From NCBI RefSeq assembly GCF_006345805.1, contig NC_043004.1, positions 61,442,001 through 61,506,000 of the forward strand: 64,000 nt of DNA. Reading direction: 5' to 3'. This DNA is from Octopus sinensis. Lineage: Eukaryota. Within the stretch, counting starts at the first letter, position 1; every line of letters begins with the position of its first letter. A program made the position numbers and the translations under genes. Positions 26,950 through 40,525 of the stretch are shown here, one piece after another. The notes under the pieces were generated by a model that saw only the letters and a list, made by a program, of their open reading frames with translations, made no database searches and was not told where the DNA came from.

Positions 26950-27908
26950 AATTGAGATATTAAAGTTTTAAAGTCTCCGAGAGACTTTCGTTTGCATGTC
27001 CAGTTAGGGAAGACATTAGTGATTTTGCAATAGAGTTTAACGAAAGGATGTTTAACAAAGGAAGTTTAACTAAGGAAGAATGTAACCTAAGAGCTGAGGA
27101 GAGGAGAAAAGAAGACTTTCTTGAAATGAGTATGCATGGACACTTTGAAAGGCATACACTGGACGTTAGTATAATACAGCATCGTGAGCATGGCTTCAGC
27201 GAAGTGATTTGAAGCATACCACAGAAAGCCTGATCATTGCTGCGCAAGACCAGGCTCCCGCTACCAATTCGGTGAATTATAACATCTATAAAACCTCTGA
27301 AGCCCAGAAAGGCAGTCTCTCAGGAAAGAATGTGGATGTGAGAGCCTTGCACAAAAAGAAAACAAGCGCCACCGCAATAAAGTGAGTGTGTATCATCATT
27401 GGCTCTTATGCTGTAAATACTAATATGAAGTAATAGAGAACAGGCATGAGCATGTATCAAGGAAAGCTATGTAGGAGGATGGGTGTATGATTTTCAGATT
27501 GATCATGTAATCGAACACTGTCGACCGGTATTGTCATATTGAATGAGAGACAAATAATGTCAGATCTTTGATGTAGCCATACCAAATGGCATCAGAGTTG
27601 AGAGTAAATAGTTTGAAAAAAATCACCAGGTATTCTGAATTGAAAGTAGAAATGGCAATACTGTATGGAATGCGAGAGGGTATGTTAAAACTGATACCAG
27701 TGGTGATCGGAGCATTGGGCTCAATCCAACTAAACTTCAAGACTTCTTAAGGCAACTGGAAATCCCATACAAGATTGATGTCTTGCAAAAAGCAGCATCA
27801 TTGGGTACAGCGCACATCTTAAGGAAAGTATTATGGGTTTGAGGTACTTATTGTGACTTGACAGATGATTAAAGACTCCGGTGCATTTTACCTACACTTC
27901 AAGGAATA
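26950..27908 (+). mobile_element. 5'-truncated Dong/R4 copy
   Basis: MHGHFERH, DLKHTTESLIIAAQDQA, CQIFDVAIPN, IPVVIGALGS, LQKAASLGTAHILRKVL; followed by AATAATAAT. Confidence 0.9.
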
Positions 27909-27926
27909 ATAATAGTTGTTGTTGTT

Positions 27927-28368
27927 GAGTGAGGGATCAGAGCATGCCATCAAAGTGACACTGGGGTAAAATATACGAAGTCCAGAATACCCATCATAAC
28001 TACCCGTCTGATAAGGTTACACTAGACACATGTATCACAACCATATGTGCGCGACAAGGTGATCTCATGTGAAAATAAACAGCACATAAACTTCCAGGTG
28101 GGGCCCAGTTAGAATTTTATTCTAGTTGAGTAACCCATCCCACTCGAAAGGTCCTTGAATAAGGGTTGTTTAAGGAAGTTGAACGAAACACCCATATTTC
28201 CAGAGGTGATTTATCAAACTTCCAAAGAATCCCCCTCAACACATGGCTATGATGCTCCCCAACTACTTCCGCTCGTGATCAGAGATGCACATATCGTCAG
28301 CACATGGGGACATGCTCAACTGGTTATGGTAAAAAAACTGACAAGCAAATTTGTAGTATTGAGCAGAA
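27927..28368 (-). mobile_element. Non-coding retroposon-like family C, longest copy (about 440 bp)
   Basis: Homologous to 8296-8635 and 6523-6645. No tRNA head, no TIR, no conserved ORF. In element orientation: (AAT)n 5' flank and (CAA)n 3' tail. Confidence 0.85.
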
Positions 28369-28442
<74 letters not shown>

Positions 28443-28722
28443 TAACTACATGACTTTTGTTTTGGTGTTAAACTGGTTTAGAATGTTTTTTTTTATATCA
28501 TTCTTGGAATCAAACTTTTAAATTCCACTAGGGACTATGATTAAGCAAAGACATCTTGGTGAACTAAGCAAATAAAAAAAAGAGGACTGTTTTAAAAAAT
28601 TTCTCATTTGTCACAACAGATCATTAATGTATTTAGTCGGAAAAAAACTCGAGAGATAAAATTCCCCTAACAATTATATTACCATAATGAAGTAGCAGCA
28701 ATACTGATAAATAAGTATGTTC

Positions 28723-28759
<37 letters not shown>

Positions 28760-29280
28760 CATATACATATACACTCACACGCACACAAACAAACATAAAT
28801 AAATAAATAATATATATGTATATGTATACATGCATATGTGAGGGTGTGCGTGTATGCACACACAAACATCTATTTATGTATGTATTATTCCTTTGCTGAA
28901 GATGCGAATGGACAATGGAATTTCAAATCCCATCGACTGCTTTCAAAAAACGAATGACACACTCCCACATGTACACATCCACTGAGAGACACATAACTAT
29001 ACATGTATGCAACTATATATATGTATATACATATATATATATATATATATCTGAATGTGTGTGTTTGTGTCTGTGTGTGTGTTTGTGTCTGTGTGTGCTT
29101 TCCATCTTTAATTTTTCGAATCGGTCACCAATAGTGAAAGAAATAAACTCCAACATAAGAACGAATCTATCATTATATATTGATAGATTCAACGAGATAT
29201 ATCTGTAAGTATACATGCATGTACGTGTTTTAATGTGTGCGTACACGTAGGTATGTGTATGATTGTGTGTACAGAATCGT

Positions 29281-30000
29281 ACATAGGTGTTGCAAGAATT
29301 CCTGGACACTTCTTCAGTAAGCTATTGAAATCCAACAAGCCATTTGCCTCCACATTGCCACCACAGTTCTAATATGTACATTACTCGAAGCATCATCGCA
29401 CATTTTATTTTCTAGATCATGTACTAAATTTCACTCTGAGATTGCTATTCCTTCTCTTGTTACGATGAGATGGCACGAGCTGGCTGAACGCGAATGGCTC
29501 AATTGCTCTTAAATTTAAATTGTTGTTTTCATCAACCCATTCATATAAGTCTTTGCGGTCTTTCTCTAGGATATTACCTAGTAAGAGTCGCTGCTGTATA
29601 ATTGGTTGCATGTCTGAGCAGCTATAAACAATGGTGAACAAATACACGTTTCCCAGGATCGGGTGCACTCTACGTATTATTGATGTCATTAACGAGACTG
29701 CGAGATTGGCTGCTACAGCCTGGCTTCTGTCATTAAAAAAAAGTGCTGTATTAGGAAACACTCTGTTTGCTAACTATTCAAAGCCTACGAAAGTTGGAAC
29801 ATAACATCCCGTTATGAACCTTATCGAAGGACTTTGCAAAATTGGGATATATCAAATGCACATTAGAGCGATTCCTAAGCTGTTTCAACTCCCGTTTATA
29901 TGCTCAATACGCTGTTAACAGCATATAGATGTGAGACTAGACTATCAAAACACGCGAACAGCCGAGAGAGCAACCAAGTTTCCTTAAGAACTGTTGTACG
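29281..30000 (+). mobile_element. Possible highly decayed Tc1/mariner relic
   Basis: TA-CATAGGTGTTGCAAGAATTCCTGG start with a weak inverted match near 29975-30000; frameshifted YY.DVLTRLRD-like transposase segment near 29675-29710. Confidence 0.3.
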
Positions 30001-30042
30001 ATCGATCATATATTCATCCTAACATAGCCGATAGAACTATGT

Positions 30043-30425
30043 GGAGGCGCAATGGCCCAGTGGTTAGGGCAGCGGACTCGCAGTCATAGGATCGCGGTTT
30101 CGATTCCCAGACCGGGCGTTGTGAGTGTTTATTGAGCGAAAACACCTAAAAGCTCCACGAGGCTCCGGCAGGGGATGGTGGTGATCCCTGCTGTACTCTT
30201 TCACCCCAACTTTCTCTCACTCCTACTTCCTGTTTCTGTTGTACCTGTATTTCAAAGGACCGGCCTTGTCACTCTCTGTGTCACGCTGAATATCCCCGAG
30301 AACTGCGTTAAGGGTACACGTGTCTGTGGAGTGCTCAGCCACTTACACGCTAATTTCACGAGCAGGCTGTTCCGTTGATTCGGATCAACAGGAACCCTCG
30401 TCGTCGTAACCGATGGAGTGCTTCC
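30043..30425 (+). mobile_element. tRNA-headed SINE family D, copy 1
   Basis: GGAGGCGCAATGGCCCAGTGGTTAGGGCAGCGGACTCGCAGTCATAGGATCGCGGTTTCGATTCCC with A and B boxes; body shared with 37638-37977. Confidence 0.92.
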
Positions 30426-30549
30426 TTCCTTAAGCTGATAGAACTAAAGAACGAAAACAGCTCCCTCTGTGTATCACATTCGATGATTACTTTAATAGCG
30501 TTGAGATGAATTCTGTGAAAGTCAGTGGAGCTGCAACTTGACGAGGGGC

Positions 30550-31110
30550 AATACATCAAACTGTTCAGTGATGCGAACTATGGATGCACGAGAGATATAA
30601 CATTGTTTTCATCATAATTATGTGTCATAACAATGAAAGGTAACAAGGGAGGTAACACAATCACTCCAAATCGTTTTACCGGATGTCTAGAAATTTTCAT
30701 CAAGGATATCAACTTGATAGTTGGTATTAACTTCAGTGGCGAGCAACTAACAACTTGGCGATTCGCCGATGACATTGTACCCATTACTGAACCACACAGC
30801 AGCTGCAGACCATATTGACGTGGCAGCACACTCTGAGCTTAGCAGTAGGTTTTAGATGAACCCCATCAAAACGAAATATATTCAGTAGGAAGTTGTAGCA
30901 TATGGTCGAATTAAGTAGGAATCGATTAAATCAAGAAGGTAAATGAGAACGTTAACTTAGGCGACATTGTGAATTTGGCAGATTCTTTTATAGTACCATG
31001 CTACCTGCGCTGTGGAAAGACCATAAATTGGCGAAAATGCGAAGTGCTATAGAAAGCTCTGTGAGAAGATTATCACTAAGAGATCATATTCACAATGAAT
31101 TACTCTCTGT
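30550..31110 (+). mobile_element. RTE-clade RT fragment
   Basis: KGGNTITPNRFTGCLE...GINFSGEQLTTWRFADDIV; later VLPA...RLSLRDHIHNE. Confidence 0.8.
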
Positions 31111-33010
31111 GTGCAAGAAAACTAATGAATTTGCAATAACTGGGATCAAGAGGCCACAATCTACCGCCCCTTATGTGTTTCAAAGAATACCTTATGAATA
31201 TTAAAACTTTCGTCCAACAGTATCTTTCTGATAACGTTTTCATAATGGGTGACTTTAATTTTCTCCTGTGTTGAATGGTCTACTTGTACCTTGGCAAGTG
31301 TATGCAATTCAACCCCAGAGAAGGAGCACTGTAATCAGTTTCCTAATCAATGAACGAATTCTTCCTGTACTAGAGATCGTACCAACGGGATTCAACAAAA
31401 AGACAATGGATTTAATCATTACTAAATACACTAACACTATCTATATTATTACAGTAGAAAAGAATTCTCTTTTCCAACCACAATATATTTCTTCATAGTT
31501 TGAGATTCCGGCAACCAAAAGTAGAATCTCGCTCAGTACACGTTTTTGACCTTATGGATCTACACAATGTTCACTGGGAGGCAATTAGCCACGATATTTC
31601 ACTAGCTGACTGACCCTTCTCTCACTCTCTTAGCCAAGCAGAACCAATACATCTTGACAAATATTTGTGCACATTGTCACAAATATATGTTCACACCACA
31701 CAACCTTGTGGCCCATGAGTAAAGCTAGACACAGGCTCCGACGTAAGAAAAATGCATTTACAAGAAAATTAAAAATGTTTAATCGAAAAATCGTTCAGCA
31801 AGAATACTACCAGTTACAAAGCCCGCAATTGATAAGCGTTGCTTTATTGGAATCAAATAAACATTGTCATCAAAACTGTATGTAGACTACCATCAATAAT
31901 CAAAGAACACCAGTAGAAAAGAGGGTTATTGAGAAAAAAAATGTGAATCCAAAAATGTTTACATTTCACCAAAACAGCATAAGGTCGCTGTCACGTTTAT
32001 TAGACCTCAGGTAGACGAATATGACACTCTGCATAGTGATGCAGAAGACATCGTTGTAATTCAGCAATGCCAATATGAATAATCCTAACAGTATTTGTGA
32101 AACAAACCCTAGCTTTGATATATCATTTGGTTTCTTGAGTTTCATAATAGCTGTGAAGTAATTTTACAAAATCTCTGTTGCAGATCCCCAGAAACTACTC
32201 GTTAAAGAATTGTCAACACAGTATTCGCTTTAGCTATTCTCTGGAGAAAATCACTGGGTACTCACATTTTTCTCGAACGTTACCTATTCCAATCGATTGT
32301 CCAAGTTTTCAAGAAGGGTAACAAATCGGTGGCCGTGAATTACCGACCGGTTTCACATAGCTCTCATATCGTTAAATTATTTGAGAATTACTCACGTCCT
32401 AGAAAGTAACATCACACATTCCAAAACAGTATGGCTCCTGAAATGACAGGGATTGCCCAGTACAGTTCCTGAATCACTTGAGGACAAAGGCTCTGGAGAT
32501 GTACTCCAATACATATGTCATCTATCTTGACTTCAAATAGTTTGTTCGAAAGTGTTGACCAAACCATTTTATCAAAGATGTTATAGAACGTTTGAGTCCG
32601 GGGAAATATTAAAGTGAATTGAACAATTTGCAGTCAACAGAACCAATGAGGGAGTGATATATGGTGTTGGATAAAGATTAGGCAAGTATCATCAGTGGAA
32701 TACGACAAGACACTGTATTGGGTCTACTCCTTTTCATTATTTACATCGATAACATAATTGAAGTCATCTAACACAGCATCATTAAAATCTGCGCGGATGA
32801 CTGTAATCTTCTAAAACTTGTCCACAGGGCAACAGACAGGAAAAATCTCAAATCGAACCTGCTCTCTGATAACCAGTGGGTGGAAAAACAGACTATGCAG
32901 CAGAACGAATACAAATTTGAATTAGTCTACTTCGGTAAAAAGGATGCATATGAGCTACCATCACTCTTTACTCGGGCGAAAACCTCGTAGTATCAAAACT
33001 TCTACTGTTC
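31110..33010 (+). mobile_element. CR1/Jockey-group LINE fragment (APE endonuclease + RT), decayed
   Basis: TIYRP, IMGDFNF, MDLIITK; VFKKGNKSVAVNYRPVS, YVIYLDFK, SGIRQDTVLGLLLFIIYIDN, CADDCNL. Confidence 0.85.
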
Positions 33011-34469
33011 TCAGAGTAGCTTACAACCGCACCTTGAGCGACAGTGTGCATATATATATCCTGTAAAATTTATGTCGTACCCGTTATTAATTCTATTGTA
33101 ATTATTCCATGGCACCTTTAAAAATATTGTTTTCTAATCTGCTATTTTACCATGTATTTAAGACAGGATGCATTTTAATCTTTATGTTCAACTGCCTCCT
33201 GGTTAATTTTTAAATTTTTGACCAATCTTAGAAAATAACTGTCATAAGAACCTCATATAAACAGAACTCTCTTTCATAAATTTGCCGTTTTGTAACAGTT
33301 GGAAATTAGCCCGCCTAATTATCACCTAAGAAACTCAATCCCACCAACATTTTTAAGATCATTATTTTTGGAAACCTGTTATCTTCTTCATTTTCTTTTA
33401 CGGATGTTCTTTCTTGAAAACATTCATAATTCGTCACTTAGAAATGTTCATCTTTTGAAGCTATATGTTGCCCGCATAATACATGTGATAACAAGCATTC
33501 ATTCACGAAAGATAAAGTATGTTGCAAATGATTCTCGTTAGATTATTAATTTTGTATCGATTTTCTGAGAAAAAAATAAATGGAAGTGGTTTCAAATAAT
33601 TACATGTAAACATTATATAGTTTTAAGTGTGTTCAATAATTGATGTAATCTTGCTTGTTTTAGTATTTTTGAGCGTTAATATCTGTTGATGCAGCTGAAA
33701 GGGAAGCAAGATTCTCTTAAGCAGATTATTTTGTTTCCTTCAGACCAACATTTGGAAGATAATCTAGTTTTTTTCACAACTTAAAGGAACTCTGCTTTTG
33801 TGATACTCATTTGCACCAACAATAAATTCTTTAGAGGGCCATATAAATTTAATTATTTTTTAGAGAAATCGACATTATTACCGTTGTATTTAGGGTTACA
33901 TGTCATCAAAATATTTTGAGTATATTTAAAAAGAAATATATGAAAGATATTTTAGTCTTCACCTTAATGTCTTAATGGAAATCAATAAAACGTAGCATGA
34001 TCCTTTTTAATTATATATTTCATCTTATGATAATTCATTAATTGTGCAACAAAAGTAGCATTTTTATATTCTCGCAGAGAGTTGAATCTTGCGATTGAGT
34101 TTCGAATCTTATTCAAACTCATAGTACAAGAAAATATCAGAAACAGCAGGAATGTTACATCACAATTTGCAGCGCCAGGAATTTGAAAGTTTGGTAATTC
34201 TGAAGTATTTGCAAGTAGTGGGATGTTGTATCTTTTCCCGAAATTCTGAAATCTAAGAAAGTTCTTATCTAAAGCAGAAGTGATAAGCAGTATCATCTTT
34301 AACAGAAATATCCATCCATGCATCCATCTATCTCTGCCACCCACATTTCTTGGAAGAGTCAGGTAGGAGTTAAAGTCCTCATGCACCTCCTCCATACGTT
34401 CCAATCAGAAGTGATCGTCATGATGCCAAACTGTGGATATAATTCACGCATCCCTCTCTTATTACTTTC

Positions 34470-34691
34470 ATGCCTACAATGGGCTACACACAGAGGGGAC
34501 AAACAAGGACAGACAAACGGATGAAGTCGATTACATCAACCCTAGTGCGTAACCGGTACTTATTTCCTCGACCCCGAAAGGATGAAACACAAAGTCGACC
34601 TCGGTGGAATTTGAACTCAGAACGTAACGTCAGACGAAATACGGCTACGCATTTCGCCCGGTGTGCTAATGTTTTTGCCTGCTCGCGCCTT
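34470..34691 (-). mobile_element. SINE family B (type-1 unit, 3' truncated)
   Basis: Reverse complement of the family B left monomer. Confidence 0.88.
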
Positions 34692-35439
34692 CATCCCTCT
34701 CTTGGTTTACCTCTAGGTCTCCTGCCGGTTGGCTCGACTTGAAGCCACCTTGGGTTTCTTTCCAGTGTCATTATAAATTACATGCCTACACTGCCGTAGC
34801 CGCGTCATCTCGATGCGAACTAGACTGTCGAGTAACAATATTTGAGAGAAACTGTAGGGGAATACTATTTCGGCTGCTACTATTGGCGATCGTACTCTTA
34901 CAAATGACTGACTTTATTTTTAGCGATAATATTTTTTATATCACCGTGTATATCACCGGTTTTATATCACCGTGTATATCACCGTTGAATGAAAATGAAA
35001 ATATTCGGTTCAAATCTGCACTAGAACAATTTACAAAATATTTTGTCCTGATTATTAATTAGAAAAATATATACCCGTATGTATAAATGTAGGACTAAGC
35101 TAATAAGGGAGCAGCTATATTATCACGTCTTACGAAGGACTTTGGTTTACATCAAATCACACTTCAATGCTTTAGACAAGTAAAGATACATAAATGAATC
35201 TTGATATCATACAGGCGTGAAGCATTTAGACCTTACACTTGCTAGAGCAAGACCGATGTATGGTTATAGATTAGCGACAACAATTTCATCAGTGAAGTTT
35301 GACCACTTCGTGACACACGCAATCACAGCAGCGCGCACACACACACACATACGCTTTCATATAGACTCATATATATGCATTCGCTTATATATCTATCTAT
35401 CTATCTATTTATCATATATATATATATATATATATGAAG

Positions 35440-35645
35440 TTAATCCAAACATGAAAACACAAAGAGAAAACACAACAACGCGAGGACGTGGAAGAAGTAT
35501 AGTGTTATTGGACGCTCAGGAAAGGAAAGAAAGAAGGAGAATTTAACGTTTCGAGCGGAGCTCTTCGTCGGAAACATAGAAAAAGGAAATATCCAAGGAA
35601 GGGAAGACAGGGGAAAAATCGCCAATAATACACACGCGGTCACAT
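35440..35645 (-). mobile_element. Penelope-like pLTR between (TA)n tracts
   Basis: Contains a hammerhead motif; homologous to 19750-19925. Confidence 0.65.
35541..35575 (-). ncRNA. Minimal type-I hammerhead ribozyme motif
   Basis: GUUU-CCGACGA-A-GAGC-UCC-GCUC-GAA-ACGU-U-AAAU: 4-bp stem II, palindromic ACGU stem III, short stem I; U4>C in the core. Confidence 0.6.
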
Positions 35646-35653
35646 ATTTAATC

Positions 35654-35704
<51 letters not shown>

Positions 35705-35724
35705 CATACATTGCGTAAATGGCG

Positions 35725-36040
35725 CTTATTTAATCGACCCCGAAAAGATGAAAAGCAAAATCAACCTCGGCGAAAATTAAACTCAGATCATAATGACTGA
35801 CGAAATACCTATTTCTCTATTTCTTTACTACCCACAAGGGGCTAAACACAGAAAGGACAGACAAACGGATTAAGTCGATTATATCAACCCTAGTGCGTTA
35901 CTGGTACTTATTTAATCGACCCCGAAAGGATGAAAGGCAAAGTCTACTTCAGCGGAACTTGAACTCTGAACGTGACAGCAGAAGAAATACAGCTACGCAT
36001 TTCGCCCGGCGTGCTAACGATTCTGCCAGCTCGCCGCCTT
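35725..36040 (-). mobile_element. SINE family B dimer (right unit truncated)
   Basis: Same dimer junction (gacgaaatacctatttc on + strand) as 13141-13507. Confidence 0.88.
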
Positions 36041-36400
36041 CATCTTACTCAAAATATACAGTATGGAAACAGTGATTTTGAATTAGTTTCTGGTAACATT
36101 TTTCTATGGGAGCCTTCATTAGTGTAACGTAAGTGTTTATATGAAACAAAACTTGTTCGTGTAGTTCTATAAATGTATCTTTTATTTACTTTAACATTAC
36201 CTTTTCCCGAATTTAGAAACGTAAAAAAAATTAGAAATGTAAAAAATAAAATAAGAAATAAGAAATGCTATGTCAACTTATCTAACTGTCTTCATTTCTA
36301 TACAAATATGCATGCATGGTAGTCATTAATAGATAAACTTCCAATTATGCTGTTAATCGAAATATCTATTTAAAGCATTTTTTTACCACTTCAATTTTAG

Positions 36401-36478
36401 ATTCAACAACTTGTGAAAATAATTGGATTCAATGCAAAAACTATGACTGCACAGAATGTTAATGAGTTTTTTCAAGGA
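36401..36478 (+). CDS. Next M13 exon, 26 codons: IQQLVKIIGFNAKTMTAQNVNEFFQG
   Basis: tcaattttag acceptor, GGA|gtaagt donor, 78 bp, phase 0-0. IIGFN occupies the position of the family IGYP motif (cf. [27 protein letters not shown]). Confidence 0.8.
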
Positions 36479-36982
36479 GTAAGTTTAACATTATTATTTT
36501 TATTTTTTACACTGAGAATCATTTTATATATGTAATCACATCTAGATTTGCAGAGACAGAAAAATTCGGAACACCACACGGTGTATTCAAAATAATGTTT
36601 ACTTATCGAGTGAACATGGAGACGTGTAATAGAAATGGGTGTGAAACAAGTCAGCATTAATATTTCGTGTTTGAGGAAAAGGCAAACTAACGTTGACTTT
36701 TTTCTGTAAATATTCATTTGCTTAGTTGCTTCTTTTGACAGTTTTTCAGGATTGCTGTAGGTACCAGATCGCTAAATTTCAATAGAAGATCTAAAGATAC
36801 GAACCATAGATATACAATGGAGAGGGAGATAATCAGTACTGCTAAACCAGTAAGAAATTTAAGGGATGTTTTAGCTAACGCAATATACCACTCAGAACTG
36901 AAAATATTCTAAAGCCTTTTCCTAGCAAACTAGTACATATTCTATCCAAGCTCTACTACGCAACATAAACAGCATTGCCAGA

Positions 36983-37054
<72 letters not shown>

Positions 37055-37595
37055 ACTAAAAACATGACTACATCTGTAAATAAGGTTATTAAGTAGCCAG
37101 GGACTACAATACACAAAGATGCCTGTCAAGACAGTAACACCAACCTCGTCTTAATTAGATAGAACTCTGGATTCGGACAGCAACTGGTTTGAAACCCAGG
37201 TCGACCAAACAAGCTTAGAAACAGATGAGATTACAAAATTAAAAGCAACCCCCCTTCGCTTCGAAACGAGCTAATGAACGAACCTGTACAGAAAATTAAG
37301 GTCGGTTGCATGTGCAACTGCCCGTATTCTGTGCTGGAAAACGCCTGTGGATCGTAATAAACATAAAAATATGGTGTGTGAAATTGTAAAATATATTACG
37401 GCTAATATATACAGCAGATAACATTGTAACTCACAGAAGCAAACAGAGAATTACCCATTGCTGGACGTGAGAGAATGAGTGACAACTCGAAGTGGTTATA
37501 GGTGTAAAATACTAACTTTTCCATTTAGCCGTAACCTGGAACATAACTGAGAGCTACCACAATATCCGCTCGGATACTATATCTCGCCAACCTCA

Positions 37596-37637
<42 letters not shown>

Positions 37638-37641
<4 letters not shown>

Positions 37642-37975
37642 GTTAGGGCAGTGAACTTGCGGTCATAGGATCGCAGTTTCGATCTCAGATCGGGCGTTGT
37701 GGGTGATTATTCTGCAAAAACACCTAAAAGCTCAAGATGCTCCGGGAAGGGGTGATGGCGTAACCTATTTTATTCTTTCACCACAAATATCTCTCATTCA
37801 TTCTTCCTGTTTCTGTCGTATGTGTATTGCAAAGAACCAGCCTTGTCACACTCTCTTTCACGCTGAATCGCGGAGAACTACGTTAAGGATACACGTTTCT
37901 GTGTAATACTCATCCGCTTGCACTTTAACCGGATCAACTAGAACCCCGGTCGTCGTAACCGACACTGTGCCACGA

Positions 37976-37977
<2 letters not shown>
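37638..37977 (+). mobile_element. SINE family D, copy 2 (5' end lost in (TA)n)
   Basis: Colinear with 30058-30420. Confidence 0.88.
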
Positions 37978-38024
<47 letters not shown>

Positions 38025-38495
38025 GAGAGATGGGAGAGAGAAGAGAGACAGAATGACAGAGACATTTACATTTAACTCTTTTATCGTTTACTGATTCAAT
38101 CGTTAAACGTCAGACACTCTGGAGAAGAGATTGAAAAATTTCGTCGGGCAAATCAACCCCATTACTTATCTAAAAATTTGGTACTTCTATTGGTCTCATT
38201 GTCTAAACACTACTTTACGCAGATGGGAAGAAACCTATAGTAGAGCGGGGAAACACAAAAAAAACAGATACACACATATATACAGGTTACCACACAGTTT
38301 CAGTTTCATAAATAAAGTAAAAAAAAAAAAAAAAACATAAAAAAACATATATATTCATGGGGCTGAAATAGAAGAAAGTAACTCAAAATGTGAGAGAGAG
38401 CGACAAACTTATAAATTGAATGATTGCAGAATTAAGTGTTTCTTACGTACACTCATTTATACCTGGTTATAACATGTATATATATATATACATAT

Positions 38496-38543
<48 letters not shown>

Positions 38544-39162
38544 GTGCGTGTGATTGTGTATAGAAGAATATATTAATAAAAGGAATTCCAAATTGTGAAG
38601 CATGACTGTCACCACTACTACATGAACCCGAAGATTGCAGAATTCAATGCATGAAAGTACTAGTTCAATCAGAATGAACATTTAACATTCTACTATTTCA
38701 TTTTATTTTATTCAATTATAATATATTATCTTATAATATATCATTATAAGATTGTAAATAAAACGTGAAAATCAGACAAGGTTGGAATTCCTTTTATTAA
38801 TATATCAAGGGCGGTGCCCCAGCATGGCCTCAGCCGGATGGCTGAAACAAGTAAAAGAGTAAATATATATATACACCTAGGGGGAGAGAAAGAAAGAGAG
38901 AGGATGATAGAGTGGGTGACAATGATAGAACGAGAGAGAGTAAAGTAAAAATGGAATAACAAAACTTTGGGCATCACTACAAAAGAATATTTTAGAGCCA
39001 AATATAAACTTACAGAGTCGCTTAGAAGTATCTGTAGAATAGAAAAACATGCAGATTTTCATATTGAATGAGGATTCAATTTCCTGAATGAGTACGCTAT
39101 CATCAGATGTGGGGTTTGTGTAATCAAATAGATGTAAATATGAGGTAATATATGAAGATGTA

Positions 39163-39545
39163 AAGGCGGCAGAAACATTAGCACGACGGGTGAGATGCGT
39201 AGCCGTATTTCGGCTGCCGTTACGTTCTGAGTTCAAATTCCGCCGAGTTTGATTTTGCCTTTCCTCCTTTCGGGGTCGATAAATTAAGTACCAGTTACGC
39301 ACTGGAGTCGATATAATCGACTTAATCCGTTGTCTGTCCTTGTTTGTCTAGTCTGTGTTTAGCCCCTTGTGGGTAGTAAAGATATAGGTATTTCCTGTCT
39401 TAACGTTCTGAGTCGCCGAGGTCGACTTTGCTTTCATCTTTTTGGGGTCGATAAATTAAGTACCAGTTGCGTACTAGAGAGTGTCGATCTAATTGACTGG
39501 CCCTCTCCCCGACAATTTCACGCCTTGTGCCTAGAGTAGAAAATA
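39163..39545 (+). mobile_element. SINE family B dimer
   Basis: Left unit with head, junction gtagtaaagatataggtatttc, right unit with type-2 tail. Confidence 0.9.
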
Positions 39546-39943
39546 ATGAAGGAAAAAAAAAACTCTTATATTGATGGAGCTGAAATAGAAGAAAGTAGCT
39601 CAAAATGTGAGAGTGTGACATATAAACTAAATGGTTGCAGAATGAACTTAAGTAGACACATTTATACTTGGACAGAAAGAGAGGGTGAGAGAGGGATTGA
39701 CAAAGAGAGAACAAGAGAGATTAAAGTAGTAAAAAGGGGAAAAAAACTTTTGGCATCACTAGAAACGAATATTTATTTTAGTGAAACATAAACTTACAGA
39801 GTCGTTTAGAAATAGTTGTAGAATGGGCAAGCATGTAGATCTTCATATTGTATAAGGATTCAATTTGCTGAATGAGTACGCTATCATCAGAGTTGGGGAG
39901 GGGCGGCAAAGAGATGTAAAAATAAGGTAATATATGCGGATGT

Positions 39944-40525
39944 AAAGGCGGCGAGCTGGCAGAATCGTTAGCGTGCCGGCAAAATGCTTCGTGGCATTTC
40001 GGCTGCCGTTACGTTGTGAGTTCAAATTCCGACGAGGTCGACTTTGCCTTTCATCCTTTCGGGATCGATAAATTAAGTACCAGTTACGCACTGGGGTCGA
40101 TGTAATCGACTTAATACCTATGTCTGTCCTTGTTTATCTCCTCTATCTTTAGCCCCTTGTAGGTAATAAAGAAATAGGTATTTCGTCTGCTGCTACGTTC
40201 TGAGTTCAAATTCCGCCGAGGTTGACTTTTCCTTTCATCCTTTCGGGGTCGATTAAATAAGTACCAGTTACGCACTGGGGTCCATATACTCGATTTAGTC
40301 CGTTTGTCTGTCCTTGTTTGTCCTCCCTGTGTTTAGCCCCTTGTGGGTAGTAAAGAAATCGGTATTTCGGTTGCTTTTACATTCTGTGTTCAAATTCTGC
40401 CGAGGTCGACTTTGCCTTTCATCCTTTCGCGGTCGAGAAATTAAATATTAGTTGCATACTGATATCGATCTAATCAGCTGGTCCCCTCCCCTAAAATTTC
40501 GGGCCTTCTGCCTAGAGCAGAAAAG
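39944..40525 (+). mobile_element. SINE family B trimer
   Basis: Two type-1 units plus one type-2 unit; TSD-like atatatgcggatgt / atatatggatgt. Confidence 0.9.

Larger units (their letters stand above)
38343..40525 (+). repeat. Old tandem duplication of about 1 kb (38343-39545 and about 39550-40525)
   Basis: Shared unique flanks (gctgaaatagaagaaagta.ctcaaaatgtgagag; ctgaatgagtacgctatcatcaga) and the same SINE B insertion point. Confidence 0.88.

Noticed and set aside
29417-29761. 114-aa non-repetitive minus-strand ORF
   Set aside because: No recognisable domain; probably the antisense of a decayed mariner-like relic.
30043-30118. tRNA gene (also heads at 25719, 44472, 58479)
   Set aside because: The acceptor stem does not close and each continues into a SINE body.
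33982-34404. 140-aa minus-strand ORF
   Set aside because: No motif recognised, no convincing splice signals; AT-rich chance ORF.
39163-40525. CRISPR-like or satellite array
   Set aside because: Repeated units are SINE monomers with no unique spacers; eukaryotic context.
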